In this document: in pieces, positions 48,404-57,243 of the stretch
Position numbering within the stretch: the first letter of the stretch is position 1
How the letters are laid out: every line of letters begins with the position of its first letter
Assembly: GCA_958296135.2 (NCBI GenBank)
Contig: CATQHZ020000001.1
Location: 736,001-800,000, forward strand
Direction: 5' to 3'
DNA from: an uncultured Poribacteria bacterium
GTDB lineage: Bacteria > Poribacteria > WGA-4E > WGA-3G
DNA length: 64,000 nt
Program-made: the position numbers and the translations under genes
The notes under the pieces: generated by a model
Seen by the model: only the letters and a program-made list of their open reading frames with translations
What the model was told of the DNA's origin: nothing
The model's database searches: none

Positions 48404-48568
48404 TCAATCGGGAGGGGGGGGGAAGCCTCCCCTTGGGGCATCAAGGCGAACGGGAACGTGTGACGGCGCGACAACGGGCATAGACGCACGGCGCGCGTGC
48501 ATCTCACGGTGCCCAAGCAGGTCTACGGTGACCTTTTTAGCAATGGAAGAATTAATTCGCTGGTTCAC
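48404..48568 (-). CDS. Putative 54-aa upstream peptide ending RGGFPPPPD
   Basis: GAGGAG RBS 8 nt before GTG 48568, downstream of a consensus promoter; no recognisable homology. Confidence 0.4.
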   Translation of the reverse strand: MNQRINSSIAKKVTVDLLGHREMHARRASMPVVAPSHVPVRLDAPRGGFPPPPD

Positions 48569-48652
48569 GTGTGTCGCTCCTCGTTCAGCTAGTTTGCGGA
48601 TTTCAGTCTCGCGACGGCGCGTTTTTTCGCGCGCATCACCACGTTTGCAACC

Positions 48653-48682
48653 ATTATACACGAAAAATGCAATAAATGTCAA
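48653..48682 (-). promoter_or_regulatory. Consensus sigma70 promoter
   Basis: TTGACA-18 bp-TATAAT with AT-rich upstream element. Confidence 0.75.
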
Positions 48683-48786
48683 ACATTTTTTTGCGAAAAA
48701 TCGCCAAAATGTTCACAATTAATTTTATTTTACGCGAAATTCGGTTTTTTGTCAACGTTTTGCAAAAAAACGAAAAACGCTGCTCT

Positions 48787-49522
48787 ACCGTAGCGCGGGG
48801 GCCTATCCTCCGCGATCCCGAAGAAAACAGCCTTCTTTGCATCGTAGCGCGAGGGCCTGTCCCTCGCGATCTCTCGACCGCAACGAAAAATGCCCGCAGC
48901 CGAGAAGCCGCGGACGTTTTTGACAGGCTCGGGCATGGCGAGGCACAGGACCTCGCCCTACGGTGAGGGGGGCGGCTCGACCGACACGCAAAATGCCCGT
49001 AGCCGAGAAGCCGCGAACGTTTTTGACAGGGTCGGGCATGGCGAGGCACAGGACCTCGCCCTACGGTGAGGGGGGCGGCTCGACCGCAACGCAAAACGCC
49101 CGTAGCCGAGAAGCCGCGGACGTTTTTGACAGGGTCGGGCATGGCGAGGCACAGGACCTCGCCCTACGGTGAGGGGGGGGGCGGCTCGATGCATGGCGAG
49201 GGGAACCCTCGGCGATTCGCGCTCGCCGGGCCCTCGCCCTACGGTGAGGGGGGCGGCTCGATGCATGGCGAGGGGAACCCTCGGCGATTCGTGCTCGCCG
49301 GGTTTTCCCTCGCCCTACGGGAGAACGGACGAAAACTTTCCATCTACCGTAGCGCGAGGGCCTGTCCCTCGCGATCTCCCGACCTATGCGAGAACCGTCC
49401 TTGGTTGAGGTGCCTAAGGACGGTTTCTGTGACGACCGAGGCATGGCGAGGCACAGGACCTCGCCCTACGGTGAGGGGGGGGCGGGGCTTAGCCGTAGCG
49501 CGGGGACCTGTCCCCCGCGAGC
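48787..49522. repeat. Large REP mosaic (BIME-like) including three ~103-bp tandem units
   Basis: Repeated ...GCCGAGAAGCCGCG...TTTTTGACAGG...CATGGCGAGGCACAGGACCTCGCCCTACGGTGAGGGGGG units plus cargo variants. Confidence 0.9.
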
Positions 49523-49527
49523 TCTCC

Positions 49528-50466
49528 CTAAAACAGTAGATTCTCCCCGCTCACCGCCTGTGCTGCCTCACCGCCGAAGGTGAGATTAAATTGGAAGCCG
49601 GGTTGACTGATATATCCAAGTTGGAACGCCAAGGTGTTGCTCACCTCATAACGGAATCCTAACCCGATGAGATTGGCGACGTTCACCCCTGCATAGGGGA
49701 GTTCGCGCGAGAAGTCTGCCACGAGCCGCATGTTATCGGAGATGGCGACTTCAGCACCTACCTGCCAATTGAGTGTGAAGAAATCGGTGGTGCGGAGTGC
49801 CTTGGAAGTCAAGAAGGCTCCAACACCGGCATGGACTTTGAAGAAATTTCCGAACCGCTGTGTGCCGACGAGATAGGTGTTCATGCCGACAAAAGGGAAA
49901 CTATCGGCGGGCCCGTGGTCGAGGAATTCATTGTCGGAGTTGAGCCGGTCATCGGCAGTGTATCCGAATTGCGCGTCGCCGCCGATGGAGATGCTTGGGA
50001 AGTTATCGTTCCGGTCAGGTTTGAGGTTATACTTCAAGCCGAGGATACCTTCAAAGAGCGATTGTTCATAGACACGCTGATTTGCGAGTTCATCGCTGTC
50101 GGTGTTATAGAAATCGTGGACGACTTTCCGCACGCCGCCTGTTGAGAGCGTGCCGCCTAGCACCAGATCGAGTTGTTCACTCATCCCGTAGGTGAATCTG
50201 ACAGGGATGAGGAACGTCTCAATTTCCAGTGTCACCCGATGCGATTCCTCAAACCCGCCGATGTCGACCTTTTGTCCGTGGTCTGGGAGTAAATCGACTT
50301 TGGAGTATTGGAAGAGCCCGAATGTCGTGGTAGAGCCGCCTTTGCCCATCGGTTCGGCTGTCTGGATGGTGCTGAGTTGCGGCATAGGCGGGAGTTGTGC
50401 CAGTAGTGGTGTCGCGATGCTGCTGAGTATCAAACAGCAGATTTGTAAGTTGCGAAGATAGCGCAT
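49528..50466 (-). CDS. Putative outer-membrane beta-barrel protein
   Basis: Signal peptide; alternating beta-strands (LGLKYNL, WQVGAEVAI, GLGFRYEV, FQFNLTFG). Confidence 0.6.
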   Translation of the reverse strand: MRYLRNLQICCLILSSIATPLLAQLPPMPQLSTIQTAEPMGKGGSTTTFGLFQYSKVDLLPDHGQKVDIGGFEESHRVTLEIETFLIPVRFTYGMSEQLDLVLGGTLSTGGVRKVVHDFYNTDSDELANQRVYEQSLFEGILGLKYNLKPDRNDNFPSISIGGDAQFGYTADDRLNSDNEFLDHGPADSFPFVGMNTYLVGTQRFGNFFKVHAGVGAFLTSKALRTTDFFTLNWQVGAEVAISDNMRLVADFSRELPYAGVNVANLIGLGFRYEVSNTLAFQLGYISQPGFQFNLTFGGEAAQAVSGENLLF

Positions 50467-50542
50467 GGTTTTTTTATCCTATAAATATTGCACACTACCC
50501 CGTAGGCGCGGTTTGCAATCGCGCCTACGGGTTGGATGGATA

Positions 50543-51619
50543 TCAAGGGCGCGCCTGGACGAGCGCGCTTTCGTCGCGTCGGCCATCGGGGCCGGGCGTA
50601 TCGTCAAATGCGGTGATGTAGTATCGCCGGAATTCAAGCGATTGCCCGACGAGAATCGGGTCTTCGCCCGGAATGGTGAAGGAGCGTTCCTTCGTTCCGA
50701 CTGCTGGGCGCGGCAGGAGATTCCCCTCGGCATCTTCCGTATAGAGTTGATATCCGGCGAGGTCTGCTTCAGTGTTGGGTGTCCATGAAATAGCGGCATC
50801 GTATTTTGTGTTAAACAGCGAGCGTGGCAGGTAACGCACCCGCACGTTCTGCGGCGGTGCCGGTGGCAGGTTCGGGACTGTCACGCTGAGAGTCGTGATG
50901 CCTTCTGCGCCAAATTCATCGACGGCGGCGATGCGGTAGATTTTGCTGGTTCTGTCCACCTCAAAATCGAAGTCAAAATAGTAGTCTTTGTCGCGCTTGA
51001 TTTCCGCGAGGAGTCTAAAGTTCGGTTCGCCTTCAGTGTCTGCCGCGGCATAGACGCGGAAGAGCGAGAAATCGTAAGGCAGCGCATAGTCTCGCCAGAA
51101 GAGTTTCACGGTGAGGTCTGTCGGTTCACCGAGGGTTACAACTGGGGCTGGGGGCGGAACACTCGGTGTGGCAAAATCCGTTTTCCAGATGCGACGCGGT
51201 GCCTCATCTTCGCGCGGCGGGTTGTTCGGGTTTGGGGTTTCAACGCCGTTGCCATCAATATAGGAGATGCGATATTCGTAGGCGAGGACGCGTCCGAGCG
51301 AATCGCGCCGGTCGTTCTCCAGATTTTGGGTGTCAATAAACTCACTTGCGGGTGCTTCAACGTAACCGACTTCCGTGAAATCGGCATCGTCGGTAGCGCG
51401 GCGGTAGATACGATACGCTTGGATGCCTTCCTGTCCCGTGTCGTTCCATGTGACGCGCACCTGTTCGTCGCCGGCGTAAAGGACGAGCCCGTCGGGTGCT
51501 CCTGCGGTGCGGAGATTTTCTGCATCGAGCGGATTCGCGAAATCTTCGTCGCTGGTGCAGGAACCCGTAAAAACCGCGAGGATGAAAAGCATAGGTATAC
51601 TCCAATTGTGATGTTTCAT
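50543..51619 (-). CDS. Lipoprotein with fibronectin type III-like domains
   Basis: Lipobox TGSC, FANPLD, VRVTW...YRIYR, ISWTPNTEADLAGYQLY. Confidence 0.75.
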   Translation of the reverse strand: MKHHNWSIPMLFILAVFTGSCTSDEDFANPLDAENLRTAGAPDGLVLYAGDEQVRVTWNDTGQEGIQAYRIYRRATDDADFTEVGYVEAPASEFIDTQNLENDRRDSLGRVLAYEYRISYIDGNGVETPNPNNPPREDEAPRRIWKTDFATPSVPPPAPVVTLGEPTDLTVKLFWRDYALPYDFSLFRVYAAADTEGEPNFRLLAEIKRDKDYYFDFDFEVDRTSKIYRIAAVDEFGAEGITTLSVTVPNLPPAPPQNVRVRYLPRSLFNTKYDAAISWTPNTEADLAGYQLYTEDAEGNLLPRPAVGTKERSFTIPGEDPILVGQSLEFRRYYITAFDDTPGPDGRRDESALVQARP

Positions 51620-51825
51620 CGCATTTTCTCCATTATAGTCCGTCATTTCCCGGTAGGCGCAGTTTGAAGCCGTGCTTACCAGAGCCATTCAGTTTTTGGT
51701 GAGCACCCCCTTTTCGCCGGTAGGCGGGACATCCCTGTCCCGATGATTCAGGGGAATCGAGACGCGGGAGGTCTCTCCTACTGCGGGGAATTGTAACATG
51801 AAAGTCTCTTCTACCGGGGGTTGCG

Positions 51826-52314
51826 TTAAAAATAGTGCAGCAATCTGAGGCTCGCGCGGCCCGTTTCCCACTCATACTGCGGCTGTAACAGCGTGGTGAA
51901 TCGGAACGGAGTCCGCTGCGCGATGCCTGTTCCGCCGAGAATCCTATTTGCTTGTGGCGATGCCGGTTCGTCTGGGGTGTCCAATTGCCCATAAATCGAG
52001 AGCAGCACGGCGAGCCCGATACATCCGTATCCGACGCGCGACATGATGACGCTGCCGTTTTGCCGAGCGAGATATGCGTCCCGATGCGCTTGGATGTCCG
52101 ATTGGATTGCGGTGCTGAGATATTCATCGTATCGGTTTTGCGCAGACGTTTTAAGCAAGCTGCCGCCGAGTTGTAATCCGAGCCCGGAGGCGAATAGGAC
52201 GATGGGGAGCGTTCGTGACCGGCGCGCCGCCTCTGCCTGTCCACTTGCTAGCACGACGATAAAGGCGCAGCAGCACGTTATTCGCAATGCGTTTGATAGG
52301 AGTTTCTTGTTCAA
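51826..52314 (-). CDS. Hypothetical membrane/exported protein
   Basis: GGAGG RBS, TTG start, signal peptide and two hydrophobic segments around AQNRYDEY. Confidence 0.6.
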   Translation of the reverse strand: MNKKLLSNALRITCCCAFIVVLASGQAEAARRSRTLPIVLFASGLGLQLGGSLLKTSAQNRYDEYLSTAIQSDIQAHRDAYLARQNGSVIMSRVGYGCIGLAVLLSIYGQLDTPDEPASPQANRILGGTGIAQRTPFRFTTLLQPQYEWETGRASLRLLHYF

Positions 52315-52604
52315 GTTTGTCTCCCTCCGTATATCCGATATCGACGTTGTCGATATCTCGGTTTTTGAATTGGGATTGTTCGGTTTAAATAAAGTTTAAC
52401 GTATTTTTTTTGGAAAGTCAAGGGTTTTTTGACTTAACAACAAAGAATATGGTATAATTAACAAAACGGACGCGGAACTTCCGCGGTAGGCACTGTTTGA
52501 AACCGCGCCTACTGGGCGTGTTGGGTTTTTGCGTGAGCGAAAAACCAGCAGTGCCACGAACTTTTCACACGCTCGGTTGTCACACACTGCAGGAGGAAAG
52601 ATAT

Positions 52605-53462
52605 ATGAAAGGATTCTTGAAAATTGCCACGCTTTTCGGGATTGGAGGTGTGGTATGTCTTTTAATCTTCGCGTTACGCGAACCGCAGGCGCAAGATAAA
52701 CCCACTGGCGATGTCATCGCCACGAAGACTGAACTCAGCTCGGCGAAGCAAAAAGCGTTGAAGGAAGAAGCGGCGAAGCGAAAAGCCGTTGTGCAACAAC
52801 GGGTTGCTCGCGCCCGACAACGGCAAGCCAGCCGCAAAGTGGATTTCGGTGAAAATGCCGCCTTCTACCAGCTGATCATTGACAACAATCTCTTTCGGCC
52901 GCTTGGATGGCAGAAGCAGAATGACGAACCGTCGTATAGTTTGCTCGGCACTGTTGTTGATACCGACACCGCGATAGCGCAGGCGATTCTGCTAGAGAAG
53001 CGATCGAACCGCCATTACTTCGTTACCGTTGGCGAAAAAGTCGGCGATGCAACGGTGAAGGAAATTCAAGCGAAACAGGTTATCTTGGACGAGGCCGGGA
53101 AGGCGATAACGCTGAAGGCGGGTTCGCTACAGTTTCTGACACACCCGCGGGACGGCGGCCGCGGTGCTGAAGCACGCGCCAGCGAAACTGCTAAAGGAAA
53201 CGAAGGCGAGAAAGCCGCGGCGAACGCTAAGAAAGCGACTGCCAACGCTAATCAGCGAGCGAACCGATTTGGTATGGATCCGGAACTTGCCGAAAAGTGG
53301 CGGAACGCCTCACCTGAAAATAGGCGTAAAATCGAGGAATATATGCGAAACCAGCGAAACCAGCGGCGTGAACAGAGAGAAAGCACTCGTAGAGAAAACC
53401 GCGGCGACAGAGGTGGTAGAAGAGCACGAGGCAGCAGAGGCGACAGCAGGAGAGATAGGTAG
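52605..53462 (+). CDS. Single-TM protein resembling the GspC/PilP N-terminal domain, with Arg-rich tail
   Basis: AGGAGG RBS; NLFRP, LLGTVV...AIL...VGEKVGDATVKEI. Upstream TTGACT-18-TATAAT promoter. Confidence 0.6.
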   Translation: MKGFLKIATLFGIGGVVCLLIFALREPQAQDKPTGDVIATKTELSSAKQKALKEEAAKRKAVVQQRVARARQRQASRKVDFGENAAFYQLIIDNNLFRPLGWQKQNDEPSYSLLGTVVDTDTAIAQAILLEKRSNRHYFVTVGEKVGDATVKEIQAKQVILDEAGKAITLKAGSLQFLTHPRDGGRGAEARASETAKGNEGEKAAANAKKATANANQRANRFGMDPELAEKWRNASPENRRKIEEYMRNQRNQRREQRESTRRENRGDRGGRRARGSRGDSRRDR

Positions 53463-53508
53463 TTACGAAGTTTGCCGGGACGGATACGAAATCCGCCCCG
53501 GCATGCTT

Positions 53509-54327
53509 TTAAGCCGCCTGCCCAACGTTCTCCGGCATGTTTTCCAGCCGCGAAAGCCAGTAACTGACATCAAACGAGTCATCGCCGATGAGGAACCGCC
53601 ACTGCTTGATGCGATTGACAATCTCAAGCCGCACATCGTTCCCATACCATTTGTGATTCCGGCCCAGGACACCGTGGATAGGCGCGGTGTCGATATCGTC
53701 CGTATTCCAGAGGCGGAGTTGGCGCACCGTCGGGTTGAGGCGCAGTTTGAACATATACCGCGTCCGGTCGGTGAGATTCGGCTGCGCGCAGTGCCACATC
53801 CCATGATGCACGACGAGCAGCGTGCCAGCCTCGCAGACCACGGGGAGTTGCCCCAGGAAGTTCTGGTAACGCGCGATGTCTGTCTCGCAGACCCGGCGGT
53901 AGTGGCTTCCCGGTAGAATCATCGTGCCGCCCATCTCGCGCGGCGTGTCGTGCGAGAAGTAGAAGAATTGGATGTCGAAGTGCATCCGCAGGTCGATGAT
54001 GGCATCGGCGTGCCAAATCTGCCCCGTATCGTTCTGCGGCCGCACAATGTGGACAGCATGATGATCGTAGAGGGGTGCCTCACCGACGAGACTGTGGATA
54101 ATGCCTTGCACTTCGGGTGTCCGGAAGACCTTGCCGATGGCGGAGTCATCGTCCCAGACTTCGTCCAGCACCGTTCCGCCGCGTCCGCGCACAATCACGC
54201 CGTTTTCCATTTCGGCGTGTGCGGCTTCGTTCAATTCGCGGGGAATCAATTCGTCAAAGCGAAGGTAGCCATCTGCTACGAAATTCGCCATCTGTTCCGT
54301 TGTGAGCAAATGCTTTTTGTCACTCAT
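53509..54327 (-). CDS. Phytanoyl-CoA dioxygenase (PhyH) family protein
   Basis: FVADGY, WHAD, GGTMILPGSH, WHCAQPN. Confidence 0.88.
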   Translation of the reverse strand: MSDKKHLLTTEQMANFVADGYLRFDELIPRELNEAAHAEMENGVIVRGRGGTVLDEVWDDDSAIGKVFRTPEVQGIIHSLVGEAPLYDHHAVHIVRPQNDTGQIWHADAIIDLRMHFDIQFFYFSHDTPREMGGTMILPGSHYRRVCETDIARYQNFLGQLPVVCEAGTLLVVHHGMWHCAQPNLTDRTRYMFKLRLNPTVRQLRLWNTDDIDTAPIHGVLGRNHKWYGNDVRLEIVNRIKQWRFLIGDDSFDVSYWLSRLENMPENVGQAA

Positions 54328-54643
54328 CTGTTTCCTCCAAAGCGGCGGAATCGGGACCAGGGGCCCCGCCTACCGGTGCCAGTTTCTCCAGGATGTACTC
54401 AAACCGGAGATATGAGGTATGATACTCCATGCCGGGGTAGGCAGGGAATTGTTGCGGGAACTGAATCACGCGCCACCCGTCTTTCATCGCCTCCAAGACA
54501 GAGGTATAGGGTGGGGTTTCGCTGTCCCCGGTGGTATGTTTGACTGTGCCTGTGCCATCGTAAATTGCCCAGGCGACAACGCTGCTATTGAGGTCTGGTG
54601 TGTGTAGATACAGCACCAGAAGTTTCTGTCTTAATGCAGACAT
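54320..54643 (-). CDS. Hypothetical protein coupled to the PhyH gene
   Basis: AAAGGTG RBS; 8-nt overlap with PhyH; YxSVLEAMKDGWRVIQ. Confidence 0.7.
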   Translation of the reverse strand: MSALRQKLLVLYLHTPDLNSSVVAWAIYDGTGTVKHTTGDSETPPYTSVLEAMKDGWRVIQFPQQFPAYPGMEYHTSYLRFEYILEKLAPVGGAPGPDSAALEETDE

Positions 54644-54718
54644 AATCGATGTGCACCTTTCTGGAGCAGGTTAGGATGCGCGGTTTGAAACCGTGCATCC
54701 CGGAGTTGCCCTGCTTCG

Positions 54719-54862
54719 CTAGCCTTGCGATAAGTAGCTGACGACAGCGGAAATCACCCCACTTGCTGCGGCGACGAGCGTGCCGACAATTGTCAAGCGA
54801 CGGTTCTCGCGTTTTTCCCGGTCTTCCAATTTGGAGAGGGTGACGCGAAGATCCGCTTTCAT
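54719..54862 (-). CDS. Small 47-aa coiled-coil plus C-terminal TM peptide (possibly a truncated gene)
   Basis: Below the ORF-track cutoff. GGAGG RBS; MKADLRVTLSKLEDREKRENRRLTIVGTLVAAASGVISAVVSYLSQG. Confidence 0.45.
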   Translation of the reverse strand: MKADLRVTLSKLEDREKRENRRLTIVGTLVAAASGVISAVVSYLSQG

Positions 54863-54921
54863 CGCCTGGACCTCCGCTCTGTCATTGATTCTCCTTTATT
54901 GGATTGGGTTCCGAGTTTGCT

Positions 54922-55701
54922 TTACCTTTGTGGCATCACTTGTGCCCGGAGCCGGCTCCACGTTGTGACGAGTTTCCCACGCGGCTGCACATCTAACGCT
55001 ACCGAGATGCCATCCTCCATTAATTCGTTGATTTCCTTTTCGCTGAGGGCTCTATCGTAAAGGACAACTTCATCAATGGTGCCGGTCATCCAATAGCCGC
55101 CGATATCGCATCCGCCGATAAAGAAGACGTTATCGTGGGTATCGGGTTTGGTTCCGGGTGATACTTCGGCATCAACTTCGCCATCAAGGTAGAGTTTGAA
55201 GTCAGAACCGTCGTAAGTTCCGGCGACGTGATGCCACTCTCCATCCGTGATAGCGGTTTTCGCGTCAAACGATTTCCACCCTGCATTCGTCGTGAAGGAG
55301 TAGTGGACGACACCGCTGTTGATATTGCCGAACAGTCCGTAGTTTCGGCCGGTGGGGTTGCGATTCTCTTTGGAGGCGATGATCTGCCATTTCCCGGAAA
55401 TTTTGGGGACGTTGACATAGGCGGCGAGCGTAAAAGTCTCCAAGTCAAGCGCGTCGTCATCGGCGACTGTCACCATGTCGCTACCGCCAAACTCCATCGC
55501 GCCGCTGAACTTGCCTTTGACCCATTTCGGTTTCCCTTGCGCGATTTCGCCATCCAAGCCGTTATCAGATGCATCGGTGACTGCGTTTCCTTTTCCTTCG
55601 TCAAGCAGCCACGCGCCGACGAGCCCATCTGTGTCCAATGCCATGAGGGATGGCGTTATCGCAAACAGGCTCAGCATAAGAAGCGTTAGCATTTTGTTCA
55701 T
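54922..55701 (-). CDS. Secreted LamG-like jellyroll protein
   Basis: LVGAWLLDEGKG, WHHVAGTYDG, GTIDEVVLYDRALS; C-terminal VQPRGKLVTTWSRLR. Confidence 0.88.
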   Translation of the reverse strand: MNKMLTLLMLSLFAITPSLMALDTDGLVGAWLLDEGKGNAVTDASDNGLDGEIAQGKPKWVKGKFSGAMEFGGSDMVTVADDDALDLETFTLAAYVNVPKISGKWQIIASKENRNPTGRNYGLFGNINSGVVHYSFTTNAGWKSFDAKTAITDGEWHHVAGTYDGSDFKLYLDGEVDAEVSPGTKPDTHDNVFFIGGCDIGGYWMTGTIDEVVLYDRALSEKEINELMEDGISVALDVQPRGKLVTTWSRLRAQVMPQR

Positions 55702-55832
55702 GAGAATTCTCCTTTTCAAACGGGCATGGCGAGGGGAACCCTCGGCGATTCGTGCACGCCGGGCCCTCGCCCTACGATAATAAAGAGCCTGGCGTGGGAC
55801 AGACCCTCGCGCTACGGGCTCATCGCTAGAAA

Positions 55833-57155
55833 TTAGACCTCGGTGCCGGACAGAATCGTCGCGTCTTTTGGGACGATGACAATGCCGTCGCGAATGTAGA
55901 AGTTATCGCCATCGTAATTATCGATGCCATCGCGGTTGACAATCACCGAATTATCGCCGATACGCGCATTTTTGTCAATGATCGCGTTCTGAATCAGGCA
56001 GTTTTTCCCGATACCGACGTTGGGAATGCCTGCTTGTGCGTTTTCCGATTTCTGTGCGTCCGATTCGTAGTAGTCCGCGCCCATCAGCACCGATTGATAA
56101 ATGCGGCTGCCGTTGGAGATGATGCTCCGAATTCCGACAATCGTCCTATCCAATTCCGAATCGTCAATAATAGAGCCCTCGGCGAGGATGGAAGAACGGA
56201 TGCTGCTGCTATTCACCTTTGTGCTTGGCAGATGGCGGCGATTGGTATAGATAGGTGCCAGTTCATCGTAAAAATTGAACGCCGGGACTGCATCCGTGAG
56301 CGCGATGTTCGCCAAATAGAAGGAGCGGATGGTGCCGATATCCTCCCAATAGCCGTCAAAGAAGTAGGCGGAGACCCGGCGCGTCGTGATGGCTTTCGGA
56401 ATAATGTCCCTGCCGAAGTCCACGTTCGATTCATCTTGGAGGATTTCTTGCAACACCGCGCGGTTGAAAATATAGATGCCCATGGAGGCGATGTATTCTC
56501 TACCGTGCGGTTCAATGCCGCGTGAGGTAAAGACATCGGGTTCGACACGAAGTTGATGGAGTTCCGCCGCTGTCTGCGGTTTCTCAACAAAATCAACGAT
56601 GCGTCCATTGGCATCGGCTTGAAGGATGCCGAGTCCACTCGTCACCTCCTCGCGAACCGGAATCACAGAGACGGTGATGTCGGCGTTCGTCTCGGTGTGC
56701 ACCTGTAGCATTTTGCGATAATCCATCCGGTAGAGATGGTCGCCGGCGAGGATGAGGACGTGGGCATCTGGGAATCGCGGGTTTAAGATATACGGTTGAT
56801 TGTGCTTGACAGCATCGGCTGTTCCCTGATACCACTCTTCGCCCATCAACGTCTGTTGCGCCGCCAGAATCTGCACGAACCCGCGACGATAAGTATCAAA
56901 CCGATAAGTTCGCGCGATGTGCCGGTTCAACGAGACTGAGTTGAACTGCGTTAAGATATAGATGCGTTCGAGTCCGGAATGAAAGCAGTTGCTAATCGGG
57001 ATGTCAACGAGCCGAAATTTTCCGGCGATGGGGACGCTTGGTTTGGCGCGGTCGCGTGTCAATGGAAACAGGCGTGTGCCGCGCCCACCGCCAAGGATAA
57101 CTGCAATAACGTTTTCTGTCGTTCTCAATGTGTTTGATAAGGATTTCTGGTGCAA
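55833..57155 (-). CDS. glgC: Glucose-1-phosphate adenylyltransferase
   Basis: ILGGGRGTRLFPLT.RAKPSVP, WYQGTADAV, GDHLYRMDY, FVEKP. TTG start chosen from a GGAGAG RBS (alternative ATG 57209). Confidence 0.95.
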   Translation of the reverse strand: MHQKSLSNTLRTTENVIAVILGGGRGTRLFPLTRDRAKPSVPIAGKFRLVDIPISNCFHSGLERIYILTQFNSVSLNRHIARTYRFDTYRRGFVQILAAQQTLMGEEWYQGTADAVKHNQPYILNPRFPDAHVLILAGDHLYRMDYRKMLQVHTETNADITVSVIPVREEVTSGLGILQADANGRIVDFVEKPQTAAELHQLRVEPDVFTSRGIEPHGREYIASMGIYIFNRAVLQEILQDESNVDFGRDIIPKAITTRRVSAYFFDGYWEDIGTIRSFYLANIALTDAVPAFNFYDELAPIYTNRRHLPSTKVNSSSIRSSILAEGSIIDDSELDRTIVGIRSIISNGSRIYQSVLMGADYYESDAQKSENAQAGIPNVGIGKNCLIQNAIIDKNARIGDNSVIVNRDGIDNYDGDNFYIRDGIVIVPKDATILSGTEV

Positions 57156-57243
57156 TTGTGTTTCTCTCCGTAGTTCCGCAACGGCTGGCACGTGTGCCAG
57201 CCGTTGCATCGTTGTTGCATGCTTGTTTCTTGTCGTAAATGGG

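Noticed and set aside
47102-48682. CBASS or retron system
   Set aside because: There is no CD-NTase or reverse transcriptase nearby; only the patatin and an inverted-repeat leader are present.
48880-49522. CRISPR-like repeat-spacer array
   Set aside because: The sequences between palindromes are themselves repeated; this is a REP/BIME mosaic.
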